Assembly (NCBI GenBank): GCA_965202915.1
Contig: OZ241847.1
Coordinates: forward strand, 1,665,972-1,729,971
Direction: 5' to 3'
Length of the DNA stretch: 64,000 nucleotides
Source of the DNA: Gammaproteobacteria bacterium
GTDB lineage: Bacteria > Pseudomonadota > Gammaproteobacteria > Eutrophobiales > Eutrophobiaceae
Shown here piece by piece: positions 20,183-30,763 of the stretch. The position numbers and the translations under genes were made by a program. Numbering within the stretch: position 1 is the first letter of the stretch; the number at the start of each line of letters is the position of its first letter. The notes beneath the pieces are model-generated. The model searched no databases. It saw only the letters and a program-made list of their open reading frames with translations, and was not told where the DNA came from.

Positions 20183-21520
20183 ATGCAAGTAGTTGTTGAA
20201 AATACAGGTTCATTGGAACGCAAAATACGCGTGGACCTGCCGGAAGAAAGAGTGCTGGGTCAGATTAAAGAGCGTTTGCATTCGCTGATGCGCACCACCC
20301 GAGTAAGCGGATTTCGCCCCGGCAAGGTCCCGATGAAGATTATCGAAAGCCGCTATGGAGGCAGAGTAAGGCGGGAGATCGTCAGTGAAATGATTCGTAC
20401 CAGCCTGTATGAGGCCTTGCAGCAGGAAAATCTAAAGCCGGCCAATACCCCCCGGATCGATCAAATAGAGGACAAAGAGGGCAATGATCTGAGCTACACC
20501 GCGTCTTTCGAGGTGTATCCCGAAATTAATTTGACCCCGATGGATGCATTGGAGATAGAAAAGCCGACCACCGATATCAGTCAGCGGGACGTTGATAAAA
20601 TGGTGGAGGGGTTGAGAAGACGGCACGCCGGTTTCAACAGCGTTGCGAGGGTGGCGGCGATTGGAGACGTATTGAACATTAATTTTGAAGGGAAAATAGA
20701 CGGGCGGGTTTTTGACGGCGGTAACGCGGAACAATACGAGCTGGAATTGGGGTCCGGTGCATTGATTGAAGGCTTTGAACAGGGGTTGACGGGAAAATCA
20801 GCAAACCAGGACGTACGGCTTAAATTGAAATTGCCGGAAAATTATTATGATCAGGATTTGAAGGGTAAAGAGGCCGAGTTTGATATTCATATTAATGAGG
20901 TCAAAGAGGTTGTATTACCGGAACTGAATGACGAATTATTTCAGAAATACGGGGTTAAACAGGGCGGCGTTGATGCGTTCAGGGCGGAGATACGGGATAA
21001 TATGGACCGTCAGGCCGGAATGGTGATCCGTGGTAAATTAAAGGACGCGGTATTGGAGGCATTATTAAATGCAAATAAAATCGAACTGCCTCAATCCCTG
21101 ATACACAAGGCAGAGGATAGGCTGCGACAACAGATGAAGCAAAACCTGAGCCCGAATGATACGACCTCTTCGGGGCCGGATACGGCCGCCGATAAACGAT
21201 TTGTCGCGCAGGCGAGCAGGCAGGTTGCATTACAGCTGATTCTATCCGCGGTGATCAGCAAAAATGAGCTCAAGACCGATCCGGCCAAAGTCAGGGCCAT
21301 TATTGAGCAGGTGGCCGCGGGCTATGAAAGCCCGGACACGGTGATAAACTGGTACTATTCCAACCAGCAAAAGCTTGCCGAGGTGGAGGCTTTGGCATTG
21401 GAAGACGAGGTGGTTGACTGGGTCGCAAAACAGGCCAATATCACCGACAGGGCTTATACGTTTGACGAACTTATGAATAACGGGCAGACTATTCCCCCGG
21501 GCGTTCCATTAAACACTTGA
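20183..21520 (+). CDS. tig: Trigger factor.
   Basis: 445 aa with the N-terminus [20 protein letters not shown]. It is followed by clpP and clpX. Confidence 0.95.
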   Translation: MQVVVENTGSLERKIRVDLPEERVLGQIKERLHSLMRTTRVSGFRPGKVPMKIIESRYGGRVRREIVSEMIRTSLYEALQQENLKPANTPRIDQIEDKEGNDLSYTASFEVYPEINLTPMDALEIEKPTTDISQRDVDKMVEGLRRRHAGFNSVARVAAIGDVLNINFEGKIDGRVFDGGNAEQYELELGSGALIEGFEQGLTGKSANQDVRLKLKLPENYYDQDLKGKEAEFDIHINEVKEVVLPELNDELFQKYGVKQGGVDAFRAEIRDNMDRQAGMVIRGKLKDAVLEALLNANKIELPQSLIHKAEDRLRQQMKQNLSPNDTTSSGPDTAADKRFVAQASRQVALQLILSAVISKNELKTDPAKVRAIIEQVAAGYESPDTVINWYYSNQQKLAEVEALALEDEVVDWVAKQANITDRAYTFDELMNNGQTIPPGVPLNT

Positions 21521-21528
21521 ATAGCTTC

Positions 21529-22182
21529 ATGGAAAATAAGGAAACACAAGCACTCAACCTGGTGCCGATGGTGGTTGAACAGACTTCTCGCGGGGAGCGT
21601 GCCTATGATATTTATTCCCGCTTGCTGAAGGAGCGGGTCGTATTCCTGGTCGGTCCGGTTGAAGACCACGTTGCCAATCTGATCGTGGCGCAATTATTGT
21701 TCCTGGAATCGGAAAATCCCGACAAGGATATTCATCTCTACATTAATTCACCCGGCGGCTCGGTTTCATCGGGCCTGGCAATTTATGATACCATGCAGTT
21801 TATCAGGCCGGACGTGAGCACAATGTGTATCGGACAATCGGCCAGCATGGGGGCGTTATTGCTGACCGGCGGCACCAAAGGCAAACGCTATGCTCTGCCT
21901 CATTCAAGGGTCATGATCCATCAACCATTGGGTGGATTTCAGGGGCAGGCCACCGATATAGACATCCATGCCAGGGAAATTCTGAAGGCCCGTGAACGTT
22001 TAAATGAAATTTTGACCCGGCATACCGGGCAGCCGTTGGAGACGATTCAGGCGGACACCGAACGCGACTATTTTATGAGCTCAGCCGAGGCCTGTGAATA
22101 CGGCTTAATTGACACAGTGCTTGAAGAAAGAACGAAGATTAATGAACAGGACGAAAAAGAAGCCGAGATGGTGAAGAAATAG
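21529..22182 (+). CDS. clpP: ATP-dependent Clp protease proteolytic subunit.
   Basis: [32 protein letters not shown] and the catalytic Ser/His/Asp context are present. ATG 21529 is taken as the start. Confidence 0.95.
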   Translation: MENKETQALNLVPMVVEQTSRGERAYDIYSRLLKERVVFLVGPVEDHVANLIVAQLLFLESENPDKDIHLYINSPGGSVSSGLAIYDTMQFIRPDVSTMCIGQSASMGALLLTGGTKGKRYALPHSRVMIHQPLGGFQGQATDIDIHAREILKARERLNEILTRHTGQPLETIQADTERDYFMSSAEACEYGLIDTVLEERTKINEQDEKEAEMVKK

Positions 22183-22222
22183 TCGGGATAAATATGATTT
22201 CCATAACTCTTGAGAACACGTT

Positions 22223-23503
22223 ATGAGTGACGGCACACAAAACAATAACAGCGAATCTGAGCGTCTTCTTTATTGCTCTTTTTGCGGCAAGAGCCAGCAT
22301 GAAGTGAGAAAATTAATCGCCGGTCCTTCGGTATTTATCTGTGATGAATGCGTTGAACTCTGCAACGATATCATCCGCGAGGAAATACACGGCACGTCGG
22401 TCAACGATAGAAGGGCGAGCCTGCCCACCCCGCATGAAATCAAGCAATTTCTGGATGAATACGTTATTGGCCAGGAACAATCCAAAAAGATCCTTTCGGT
22501 TGCGGTCTATAACCATTATAAGCGCCTTGAACAGGGATTGGAGAACTCGGAAGTCGAATTGGCCAAGAGTAACGTGCTGTTAATCGGGCCGACCGGCAGC
22601 GGTAAAACGCTGCTTGCGGAAACCATGGCTCGATTATTAAACGTACCCTTTACCATAGCCGATGCCACGACGCTCACCGAGGCCGGCTACGTCGGGGAAG
22701 ACGTCGAAAATATCATTCAGAAACTGTTGCAAAAATGCGACTACGACGTTGACAAGGCGCAAACCGGCATCGTCTATATCGATGAAATCGATAAAATCTC
22801 CCGTAAATCCGATAATCCTTCCATTACCCGCGACGTTTCCGGGGAAGGCGTGCAACAGGCCCTGTTGAAACTGATCGAAGGCACAATAGCCTCGGTTCCG
22901 CCGCAAGGGGGAAGAAAGCATCCGCAACAGGAATTTCTCAAGGTCAACACGGCAAATATCCTGTTTATGTGCGGCGGCACGTTTGCCGGTCTGGACAAAA
23001 TTATCAGAGACCGTTCCGAAAAGGGCGGGATAGGATTTTCGGCCAGGGTCAAGAGTAAGGACGATAAAAAGAGCATGAGCGATCTGTTACGCGAGATCGA
23101 ACCCGAAGATTTGATTCAATATGGCCTGATCCCGGAATTTGTCGGCCGGTTGCCGGTGGTGACAACCCTGGATGAACTGGATGAAGAGCAATTGGTGAGG
23201 ATCCTGTTGGAACCAAAGAATGCGATCACCAAACAATATACCCGACTGTTTGAAATGGAGGGTTGCGTGATTGAATTTTTTGAGGACGCATTACGCGCCG
23301 TGTCTAAGAAATCCATGGAACGGAAAACCGGCGCCCGCGGGTTGAGATCGGTGCTTGAAAACGTGCTGCTCGATACCATGTATGATTTGCCTTCCACGAA
23401 CAATGTATCGAAAGTGGTGATCGATGCAAACGTGATTAATAACAACGCCAAACCCTTGATCATCTATGAAGGCTCTGATATGCCTCAGGTGGCGGCGGAT
23501 TGA
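22223..23503 (+). CDS. clpX: ATP-dependent Clp protease ATP-binding subunit ClpX.
   Basis: Zinc-finger [32 protein letters not shown] and Walker A GPTGSGKT are present. Confidence 0.97.
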   Translation: MSDGTQNNNSESERLLYCSFCGKSQHEVRKLIAGPSVFICDECVELCNDIIREEIHGTSVNDRRASLPTPHEIKQFLDEYVIGQEQSKKILSVAVYNHYKRLEQGLENSEVELAKSNVLLIGPTGSGKTLLAETMARLLNVPFTIADATTLTEAGYVGEDVENIIQKLLQKCDYDVDKAQTGIVYIDEIDKISRKSDNPSITRDVSGEGVQQALLKLIEGTIASVPPQGGRKHPQQEFLKVNTANILFMCGGTFAGLDKIIRDRSEKGGIGFSARVKSKDDKKSMSDLLREIEPEDLIQYGLIPEFVGRLPVVTTLDELDEEQLVRILLEPKNAITKQYTRLFEMEGCVIEFFEDALRAVSKKSMERKTGARGLRSVLENVLLDTMYDLPSTNNVSKVVIDANVINNNAKPLIIYEGSDMPQVAAD

Positions 23504-23605
23504 TCCCGTTTTTTATTGCGGCGGGCTTGAATTTTTGTTGCCAACGGCCATCTAATTGGATAGATACCGAGAACCAAAGCGGGAGTAATCAAAGCGGGGC
23601 TGAAT

Positions 23606-26041
23606 ATGCAAAAGAAACAATCTAAAAAAGACACGGCTTCATTCACTTATCCGATATTGCCGCTAAGAGACGTTGTGGTATATCCGCACATGGTCATTCC
23701 ATTATTTGTCGGTCGGGAAAAATCCGTCAGGGCCCTGAACAAGGCCATGAAAGGAGACAAACAAATACTGTTGGTCGCCCAGAAAAGCGCGGTGGAAGAT
23801 GAGCCCGGCAGAAACGAGATTTACAAGGTCGGCACCCTGGCAAATATTCTGCAACTGCTTAAATTGCCGGACGGCACGATTAAGGTGCTGGTGGAAGGTA
23901 CCACAAGAGTGCGTATCGTCAGCTTTGCCGAGGTTGAAAATATGTTCGCCGCAAAGGCGGAATTACTGGATACCGTGGATTTCGATGAACGTCAAATAGA
24001 TATAATATCACGTTCCGCGCTCCATCACTTTGACCAGTACGTGAAACTCAATAAAAAAATTCCCCCGGAGATCATTTCTTCTCTGACCAGCATAGATGAT
24101 CCCGGTCGTCTGGCCGATACCATCGCCGCACATATGTCGATCAAGATTGAGGACAAGCAACACGTACTTGAGATCACCGATATCCGCGATCGGCTGGAGC
24201 ATTTGATCCTCCTTATGCAGGAAGAAATGGACCTGCTGCAGGTGGAGAAACGCATTCGCGGTCGGGTTAAGAACCAGATGGAAAAGAGTCAACGCGAATA
24301 TTATCTGAATGAACAAATGAAGGCCATTCAGAAAGAATTGGGCGACGTGGAGAATGTAACCACCGAAGCCGACACGCTTGCCCAGAAGATAAAAAAAGCC
24401 GGCATGCATAAAGATGCAAAAGAGAAGGCGGTGGCCGAACTGAATAAATTAAAACTGATGTCACCGATGTCGGCCGAGGCCACCGTGGTTAGAAATTATA
24501 TCGATTGGCTGGTCGGAATGCCGTGGAAAAAACGCAGCAAGGTTTCAAAAAACATTGCCCGGGCTGAGCAGATCCTTGAGCAGGATCACTATGGTCTGGA
24601 AAAAGTGAAAGAGCGTATTCTCGAATATATGGCGGTGCAGCAACGCATCAAAAAAATGAAAGGGCCGATTTTATGTCTGGTTGGCCCGCCGGGGGTGGGT
24701 AAAACCTCGCTGGGGCGCTCGATAGCGCGGGCGACCTGCCGGGAATTTGTGCGCATGTCCCTGGGCGGCGTGCGCGATGAAGCCGAAATAAGGGGGCATC
24801 GCCGTACTTATATAGGCTCCATGCCCGGGAAAATCATCCAAAGCATGTTTAAGGTGGGTAAAAAGAATCCCCTGTTTCTATTGGATGAGATCGACAAGAT
24901 GGCAATGGATTTTCGGGGAGACCCGGCCTCGGCCCTGTTGGAAGTGCTCGATCCGGAACAAAATAACAGCTTTAGTGACCATTACCTTGAGGTGGATTAT
25001 GATTTATCGGAGGTAATGTTCGTCACCACCGCAAACAGTCTCAATATTCCCGCGGCCTTGCTCGATCGTATGGAAGTGATACATATTTCGGGTTACACCG
25101 AAGATGAAAAAGTCAACATTATGAAGCGCTATCTGTTCCCAAAACAGCTTGAACGCAACGGCCTCAAATCGGATGAGATAAGTATTGGTGAAAATACCAT
25201 CAGGGATATTATTCGCTATTATACCCGTGAGGCGGGGGTGCGCAGTCTGGAAAGGGAGGTGGTGAACATCTGCCGCAAAGTGGTGAAACAAATACTGCTT
25301 AAACCCACCGGCAAACGCAATATCATCACTCCCAAAAAACTTGAAAAGCTGCTGGGCATAAAACGGTTTCGCTTTGGCCGGGCCGAAGAGGAAAACCGCA
25401 TCGGTCAGGTTACCGGCCTGGCATGGACTGAGGTGGGCGGTGACTTATTAACCATTGAAGCGGCGGTCGTTCCCGGCAAAGGCAGGGCAACCCGCACCGG
25501 GCAGTTGGGCGACGTCATGCAGGAGTCGATCGAAGCCGCGATGACCGTGGTCAGGAGCCGAAGTAACATTCTTGGGATAGACGCGGAGTTCTATAAAACC
25601 CATGATTTTCATATACACGTTCCGGAGGGGGCGACCCCGAAAGACGGACCCAGCGCCGGGGTTGCGATGTGTACCGCGTTGGTTTCCGCCTTATGCGGCA
25701 TACCCGTTAAATCAAGCGTGGTAATGACCGGTGAAATTACCCTCAGGGGTGAGGTCTTGCCGATAGGCGGGTTGAAGGAAAAATTACTGGCGGCATTACG
25801 AGGGGGAATAGAGACCGTGCTGATTCCCCATGATAATGAAAGAGAATTGGCCGAGATACCGAAAAATATCAAGCAAAAACTGGATATAAAACCGGTACGC
25901 TGGATAGATGAAATACTGGAAATAGCGTTACAACACATGCCTGTTCCATTGAGCGACGATGGCCGGCAAGCGGATAAAATCATCGATAAGGAAAAAAAGA
26001 CCGGCGGCCAGAAAAAGGACCGCACCATAAGGCCGCATTGA
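23606..26041 (+). CDS. lon: Lon protease.
   Basis: 811 aa with the N-terminal LPLRDVVVYPHMVIPLFVGREKS, Walker A GPPGVGKTS, and the proteolytic S/K dyad region. Confidence 0.97.
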   Translation: MQKKQSKKDTASFTYPILPLRDVVVYPHMVIPLFVGREKSVRALNKAMKGDKQILLVAQKSAVEDEPGRNEIYKVGTLANILQLLKLPDGTIKVLVEGTTRVRIVSFAEVENMFAAKAELLDTVDFDERQIDIISRSALHHFDQYVKLNKKIPPEIISSLTSIDDPGRLADTIAAHMSIKIEDKQHVLEITDIRDRLEHLILLMQEEMDLLQVEKRIRGRVKNQMEKSQREYYLNEQMKAIQKELGDVENVTTEADTLAQKIKKAGMHKDAKEKAVAELNKLKLMSPMSAEATVVRNYIDWLVGMPWKKRSKVSKNIARAEQILEQDHYGLEKVKERILEYMAVQQRIKKMKGPILCLVGPPGVGKTSLGRSIARATCREFVRMSLGGVRDEAEIRGHRRTYIGSMPGKIIQSMFKVGKKNPLFLLDEIDKMAMDFRGDPASALLEVLDPEQNNSFSDHYLEVDYDLSEVMFVTTANSLNIPAALLDRMEVIHISGYTEDEKVNIMKRYLFPKQLERNGLKSDEISIGENTIRDIIRYYTREAGVRSLEREVVNICRKVVKQILLKPTGKRNIITPKKLEKLLGIKRFRFGRAEEENRIGQVTGLAWTEVGGDLLTIEAAVVPGKGRATRTGQLGDVMQESIEAAMTVVRSRSNILGIDAEFYKTHDFHIHVPEGATPKDGPSAGVAMCTALVSALCGIPVKSSVVMTGEITLRGEVLPIGGLKEKLLAALRGGIETVLIPHDNERELAEIPKNIKQKLDIKPVRWIDEILEIALQHMPVPLSDDGRQADKIIDKEKKTGGQKKDRTIRPH

Positions 26042-26197
26042 TATTGGCTCAGAGTATCAATTCGCGTGCCGCCCAGGCTCGCCCGCCCGGGCAATAACCC
26101 GACCACCGAAGCCACATTATTTTCCCAACCGGCCACCGCCGCCCGCAGGCCGGGCAATTAAAATCGTTGCCGCTGTCCGCCGGCGTCAAATGTTTGC

Positions 26198-26226
26198 TTG
26201 ACAATGGATATTCTTTAGTTTAGACT
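26198..26226 (+). promoter_or_regulatory. Candidate sigma70 promoter for the rubrerythrin gene, with an overlapping inverted repeat (26215..26239) as a possible repressor operator.
   Basis: TTGACA-N17-TAGACT. An imperfect palindrome TTAGTTTAGA-cttat-TCTAAATTAA overlaps the -10 element. Confidence 0.4.
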
Positions 26227-26265
26227 TATTCTAAATTAACTATTGAAGAGTATGGAGGAAAAATA

Positions 26266-26685
26266 ATGGGCTTAAAAGGATCCAAAACAGAGGATAATCT
26301 GAAAGAGGCATTTGCCGGTGAATCACAGGCAAACCGGCGCTATCTCTATTTCGCTCAAAAGGCGGACGTTGAGGGTTATAACGATGTATCTGCGGTATTT
26401 CGTTCCACCGCCGAAGGTGAAACCGGTCACGCGCACGGGCATATGGAATACCTGGAAGCGGTGGGTGATCCGGCAACCGGGGAACCCATAGGTTCAACCG
26501 ATCTGAATCTGAAGGCGGCCATAGCCGGTGAAACCTATGAATACACCGATATGTATCCGGGCATGGCGAAAACCGCGCGCGATGAAGGCTTTGATGAAAT
26601 CGCCGATTGGTTTGAAACCCTGGCGAAGGCGGAGCGTTCTCATGCAAATCGTTTCCAGAAGGCGCTGGATTCATTGGCGGCTTAA
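26266..26685 (+). CDS. Rubrerythrin/erythrin-like diiron four-helix-bundle protein (no rubredoxin domain).
   Basis: 139 aa with E...EXXH diiron ligand pairs ([47 protein letters not shown]). RBS GGAGG. Confidence 0.8.
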   Translation: MGLKGSKTEDNLKEAFAGESQANRRYLYFAQKADVEGYNDVSAVFRSTAEGETGHAHGHMEYLEAVGDPATGEPIGSTDLNLKAAIAGETYEYTDMYPGMAKTARDEGFDEIADWFETLAKAERSHANRFQKALDSLAA

Positions 26686-26710
26686 TCTCTTGTCGGTTAT
26701 CGCCTCTGAT

Positions 26711-26740
26711 AAAGCCGGGTTTGTCCCGGCTTTATTTATT
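26711..26740 (+). terminator. Rho-independent terminator after the rubrerythrin gene.
   Basis: aaagccggg-tttgt-cccggcttt is an 8-9-bp GC stem, followed by TATTTATT. Confidence 0.7.
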
Positions 26741-26763
26741 GATTTCAACGACGGATCGCAATA

Positions 26764-28107
26764 GTGGCGATCTCGTCCGACGCCCGCGAAGGCAGCCTGG
26801 AAGCGCCCACGCGCCACCCGATCAACTGGAAAGACGCTTCATTCTATGATGAGGCGGCGCTGTTCGGCGAATTGGAACGAGTCTATGATATTTGTCATGG
26901 TTGTCGCCGCTGCGTCAGTTTGTGCCATGCCTTTCCAACGCTTTTCGATTTGATCGATAACTCCGATACGCTGGAGGTGGACGGCGTGGCAAAGCCGGAT
27001 TACTGGAAGGTCGTGGAGCAGTGCTATCTTTGCGATCTGTGTTATCTGACCAAATGCCCTTATGTTCCACCGCATGAATGGAACGTCGATTTTCCCCATT
27101 TGATGCTGCGGGCGAAGGCGGTCAAACATAAAAATGGCGGCAATAACGCAAGGGATAAAATACTTACCTCCACCGATCGAGTCGGGACTCTTGCCGGTAT
27201 TCCGGTTATCGCCCAGACTGTAAACGCGGTGAACGCCAATCCGATGGCCAGGAAGATCGTCGAAGCAACGACCGGCATATCGGCGAAGGCGGTATTACCC
27301 AAATTCCATGGCAGGACCCTGCGGAAACGATTCAAGCACGGGCCGGCACAGGATATGGAGCCGCTAAAGACCGAGCGCACCCATGGCCGGGTCGCGATTT
27401 TTGTGACTTGCTACGGCAACAGAAACGGTCCCGGGCCGGTTGAAGATTTAATCAGCGTCCTCAGGCATAACGATATACCGGTCACCCTGGTAAAACAGGA
27501 AAAATGCTGCGGGATGCCGAAACTGGAGCTGGGTGATCTTGATGCGGTTGAAAAATTGAAGCAATATAATATACCGCAACTGGCCGGACTCGCCGATGAG
27601 AATTGGGACCTGATCGCGCCGATTCCTTCCTGTGTGCTGATGTACAAACAGGAGTTGCCGTTATTATTCGCCGATGACGGTGCAGTGGCAAAAGTGGCCC
27701 GGGCTTTTTTTGACCCGTTTGAATACCTCATGCTGAGACACCGGGAAAATCTGTTGAAAACCGATTTTGCCAATCGCCTGGGTTCGGTTGCATATCACGT
27801 TCCATGTCATCAACGGGTTCAGAACATTGGTTTGAAGACCAAACAAATACTGCAACTTGTCCCGGACACCAGGGTCGAGGTGATAGAGCGTTGTTGCGGC
27901 CACGACGGGGTGTACGCGGTGAAACGGGAATATTATGATATTGCCGCGAAAATCTGCAGGCCGGTGGCGGATAAAATCCGGCAATACGACGCCGATCATT
28001 ATATCAGTGATTGCCCGATGGCCGGGAGCCATATTGAAAATCAAATGGATACCGGCAAAACCGCCGCCAGTCCGTTCACTCTGTTACACCGGGCCTATGG
28101 CATTTGA
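26764..28107 (+). CDS. (Fe-S)-binding protein with CCG domains (GlpC/GlcF/HdrD-like).
   Basis: 447 aa. It has 4Fe-4S motifs (CHGCRRCVSLC, CYLCDLCYLTKCP) and two Cys-rich CCG-type segments (CCGMP..., CCGHDG...). Confidence 0.7.
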   Translation: MAISSDAREGSLEAPTRHPINWKDASFYDEAALFGELERVYDICHGCRRCVSLCHAFPTLFDLIDNSDTLEVDGVAKPDYWKVVEQCYLCDLCYLTKCPYVPPHEWNVDFPHLMLRAKAVKHKNGGNNARDKILTSTDRVGTLAGIPVIAQTVNAVNANPMARKIVEATTGISAKAVLPKFHGRTLRKRFKHGPAQDMEPLKTERTHGRVAIFVTCYGNRNGPGPVEDLISVLRHNDIPVTLVKQEKCCGMPKLELGDLDAVEKLKQYNIPQLAGLADENWDLIAPIPSCVLMYKQELPLLFADDGAVAKVARAFFDPFEYLMLRHRENLLKTDFANRLGSVAYHVPCHQRVQNIGLKTKQILQLVPDTRVEVIERCCGHDGVYAVKREYYDIAAKICRPVADKIRQYDADHYISDCPMAGSHIENQMDTGKTAASPFTLLHRAYGI

Positions 28108-28116
28108 GGAGATGAT

Positions 28117-28704
28117 ATGAAGAAATTAAGCCGCGCGGAGCTGCTGTCTCTGGAGGAGTACTCGACCAGGCGTAAAGAGTTTCGTGCCAGGGTAATGCAA
28201 CACAAAAAAAATCGGCGCTTGTCCATCGGCCCGAACGCAACCTTATATTTTGAAGACTCTTTAACGGTGCAATACCAGATTCAGGAAATGTTGCGCGCCG
28301 AACGCATATTTGAGGCCGACGGCATACAGGAAGAATTGGACGCCTATAACCCGCTCATTCCCGACGGCGGTAATTGGAAGGCCACCTTCATGATCGAATT
28401 TGCCGATTCCGACGACAGAAAAAAGGCCCTGCAGACTATGATTGATATCGAAAATTCAGTATGGTTAAGGATCAATGACATGAAGCAGGTATGGCCGGTC
28501 AGCGATGAAGATATTGAACGTTCATCCGATCAAAAAACCTCGGCCGTTCATTTTCTCAGGTTTGAATTGACCCCTGAGATGATCTCGGCGTTAAAAAATG
28601 GCGATGGCACCCTCGCCTGTGGCATCGATCACGCGGCCTATAATCATCGAGTGTCTCCGGTTCCGAACCAGATCCGCGATTCCCTGATAGCGGATTTGTC
28701 CTGA
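28117..28704 (+). CDS. Conserved hypothetical protein (DUF3501-like), co-transcribed with the CCG Fe-S protein.
   Basis: 195 aa with no catalytic motif recognised. The gene family is recalled from memory as frequently adjacent to HdrD-like and rubrerythrin genes. Confidence 0.4.
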   Translation: MKKLSRAELLSLEEYSTRRKEFRARVMQHKKNRRLSIGPNATLYFEDSLTVQYQIQEMLRAERIFEADGIQEELDAYNPLIPDGGNWKATFMIEFADSDDRKKALQTMIDIENSVWLRINDMKQVWPVSDEDIERSSDQKTSAVHFLRFELTPEMISALKNGDGTLACGIDHAAYNHRVSPVPNQIRDSLIADLS

Positions 28705-28862
28705 TAGCGGATTTAAGTTAATCCGCGGACTCTTGTACCGGATTTGTCTCCCGGCAGCCTGTCGCAACCAAATGCGGCAATGGCACTTCCGGTTTGACCC
28801 TTGCCGGTGTATGCTATTGCTTTCCGCCCGGATATAAAACCCGTCAGTATGGATAGATAGCC

Positions 28863-30749
28863 TTGGTTGCAAAATACAACGCCTCAGATATAGAGATATT
28901 GACCGGCCTGGAACCGGTCCGCAAACGCCCGGGCATGTACACCGATACAAGCTGTCCCAATCATCTGGTGCAGGAGCTTGTCGATAACAGCGTTGACGAG
29001 GCGATAGCCGGTCACGCCGCCAGCATAGAAGTCGTGTTGCATGCGGATGCGTCCATATCGGTCAGTGATGATGGCAGGGGTATGCCGGTGGACACCCATC
29101 CGGGCAAAAACATATCCGGGGTTGAAGTGATCCTGACTTGTCTGCATTCGGGGGGGAAATTCTCCGATAAAAATTACAAATTTTCCGGCGGCCTGCACGG
29201 CGTCGGGGTGTCGGTTGTGAACGCGCTGTCCAGGCATCTGGAAATATGGGTGCGGCGTGACGGCAAACAATACCATATGGCGTTTGCCGATGGTGACAAG
29301 CAATCCGAACTCGAGGTGATCGGCAGCCTGGGCAAAAAAAACACCGGCACCATGATCCGTTTCCGGCCTGATCCGCAATATTTCAGCTCGATACAGATCT
29401 CCCGCGGCCGCCTGAAACATCTGCTCAGAGCGAAGGCGATACTGGCGTCGGGATTGCTGGTGCGGCTGCGGGATGAAGCAAACGATGAAACCATGGAATG
29501 GTCTTATCAGGACGGGATCCGCAATTATTTGACCAATCAGTTGCAGGGCCGGGAACTATTGCCGCCTGAGCCGCTGATCGGTTCAATGGAAGGCAACAAA
29601 GAAGCCGTCGACTGGGCAATACACTGGTTGCCGGAAAAGGCGGATTTAATCACCGAAAGTTTTGTCAACCTGGTGCCAACCCCGCTGGGGGGCACGCATG
29701 TGAATGGCCTGAGGCAGGGATTATTGGAGGCAATTCGGGAGTTTTGCATCTCGCGCAATCTGTTGCCCAGGGGGATGAAGCTGGTTTCCGAAGACGTCTG
29801 GGAACGCTGCTGTTATCTGTTATCAGTCAAACTGGACGCGCCCCAGTTTGTCGGACAAACCAAGGAAAGATTATCGTCAAGAGAATGCCTGGCCTTTATA
29901 TCCGGCGTCGTTAAAGATACCACCGGCCACTGGTTGCATCGGCACGTGGAAATGGGCCAGAAAATTGCCGAACTGGTGATTGCCAGCGCCCAAACGCGGA
30001 TCAAAAACAGTAAAAAAATTGTCAGGAAAAAAGTATCCGGCGGCCCGGCGTTGCCGGGTAAACTCGCCGATTGCGCGATTCAGGATAATCAGGTTTCAGA
30101 ATTATTTTTGGTGGAGGGTGATTCCGCCGGCGGTTCGGCGAAACAGGCAAGAGAGCGCGAATACCAGGCGATCATGCCGTTACGCGGCAAAATACTGAAT
30201 TCATGGGAACTGGATTCCGCCGAGGTGCTGGCCTCAAAAGAGGTGCATGATATTGCGATTGCAATCGGCATCGAACCGGGGAGTGGCGATCTCAACGGCC
30301 TGCGCTACGGCAAGATATGTATTCTGGCCGACGCCGATTCAGACGGCGCCCATATCGCAACCTTATTATGCGCGTTATTTATGAAACATTTCCGGCCGCT
30401 GGTACAGGCGGGTCGGATCTACGTGGCGATGCCGCCCCTGTATCGCATAGACGCGGGCAGGGACGTGTATTACGCACTTGACGAGGCCGAAAGAGACGGC
30501 ACCCTGGATCAGATTTCGGCGGAAAAAAAGTCCGGCAAGGTCTCGGTACAGCGGTTCAAGGGCCTGGGGGAAATGAACCCGATGCAACTGCGTGAGACCA
30601 CCATGGCACCGGAAACCCGGCGGCTGATTCGCCTGGGCCTGGATGATATTCCCGGCACGGAACAGATGCTGGACATGTTGCTTGCCAAAAAAAGGGCGGG
30701 TGACCGCAGAGACTGGCTCGAATCCAAGGGAGACCTGGCAAAGATTTAA
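28863..30749 (+). CDS. parE: DNA topoisomerase IV subunit B.
   Basis: 628 aa (ParE length, not GyrB). GHKL ATPase and Toprim motifs are present, and it is followed by parC. Confidence 0.9.
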   Translation: MVAKYNASDIEILTGLEPVRKRPGMYTDTSCPNHLVQELVDNSVDEAIAGHAASIEVVLHADASISVSDDGRGMPVDTHPGKNISGVEVILTCLHSGGKFSDKNYKFSGGLHGVGVSVVNALSRHLEIWVRRDGKQYHMAFADGDKQSELEVIGSLGKKNTGTMIRFRPDPQYFSSIQISRGRLKHLLRAKAILASGLLVRLRDEANDETMEWSYQDGIRNYLTNQLQGRELLPPEPLIGSMEGNKEAVDWAIHWLPEKADLITESFVNLVPTPLGGTHVNGLRQGLLEAIREFCISRNLLPRGMKLVSEDVWERCCYLLSVKLDAPQFVGQTKERLSSRECLAFISGVVKDTTGHWLHRHVEMGQKIAELVIASAQTRIKNSKKIVRKKVSGGPALPGKLADCAIQDNQVSELFLVEGDSAGGSAKQAREREYQAIMPLRGKILNSWELDSAEVLASKEVHDIAIAIGIEPGSGDLNGLRYGKICILADADSDGAHIATLLCALFMKHFRPLVQAGRIYVAMPPLYRIDAGRDVYYALDEAERDGTLDQISAEKKSGKVSVQRFKGLGEMNPMQLRETTMAPETRRLIRLGLDDIPGTEQMLDMLLAKKRAGDRRDWLESKGDLAKI

Positions 30750-30763
30750 TCCGGGGATCAGAG

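Noticed and set aside
19759-20223. 154-aa minus-strand ORF.
   Set aside because: It overlaps the tRNA-Leu gene and the mrp promoter region, and has no motif support.
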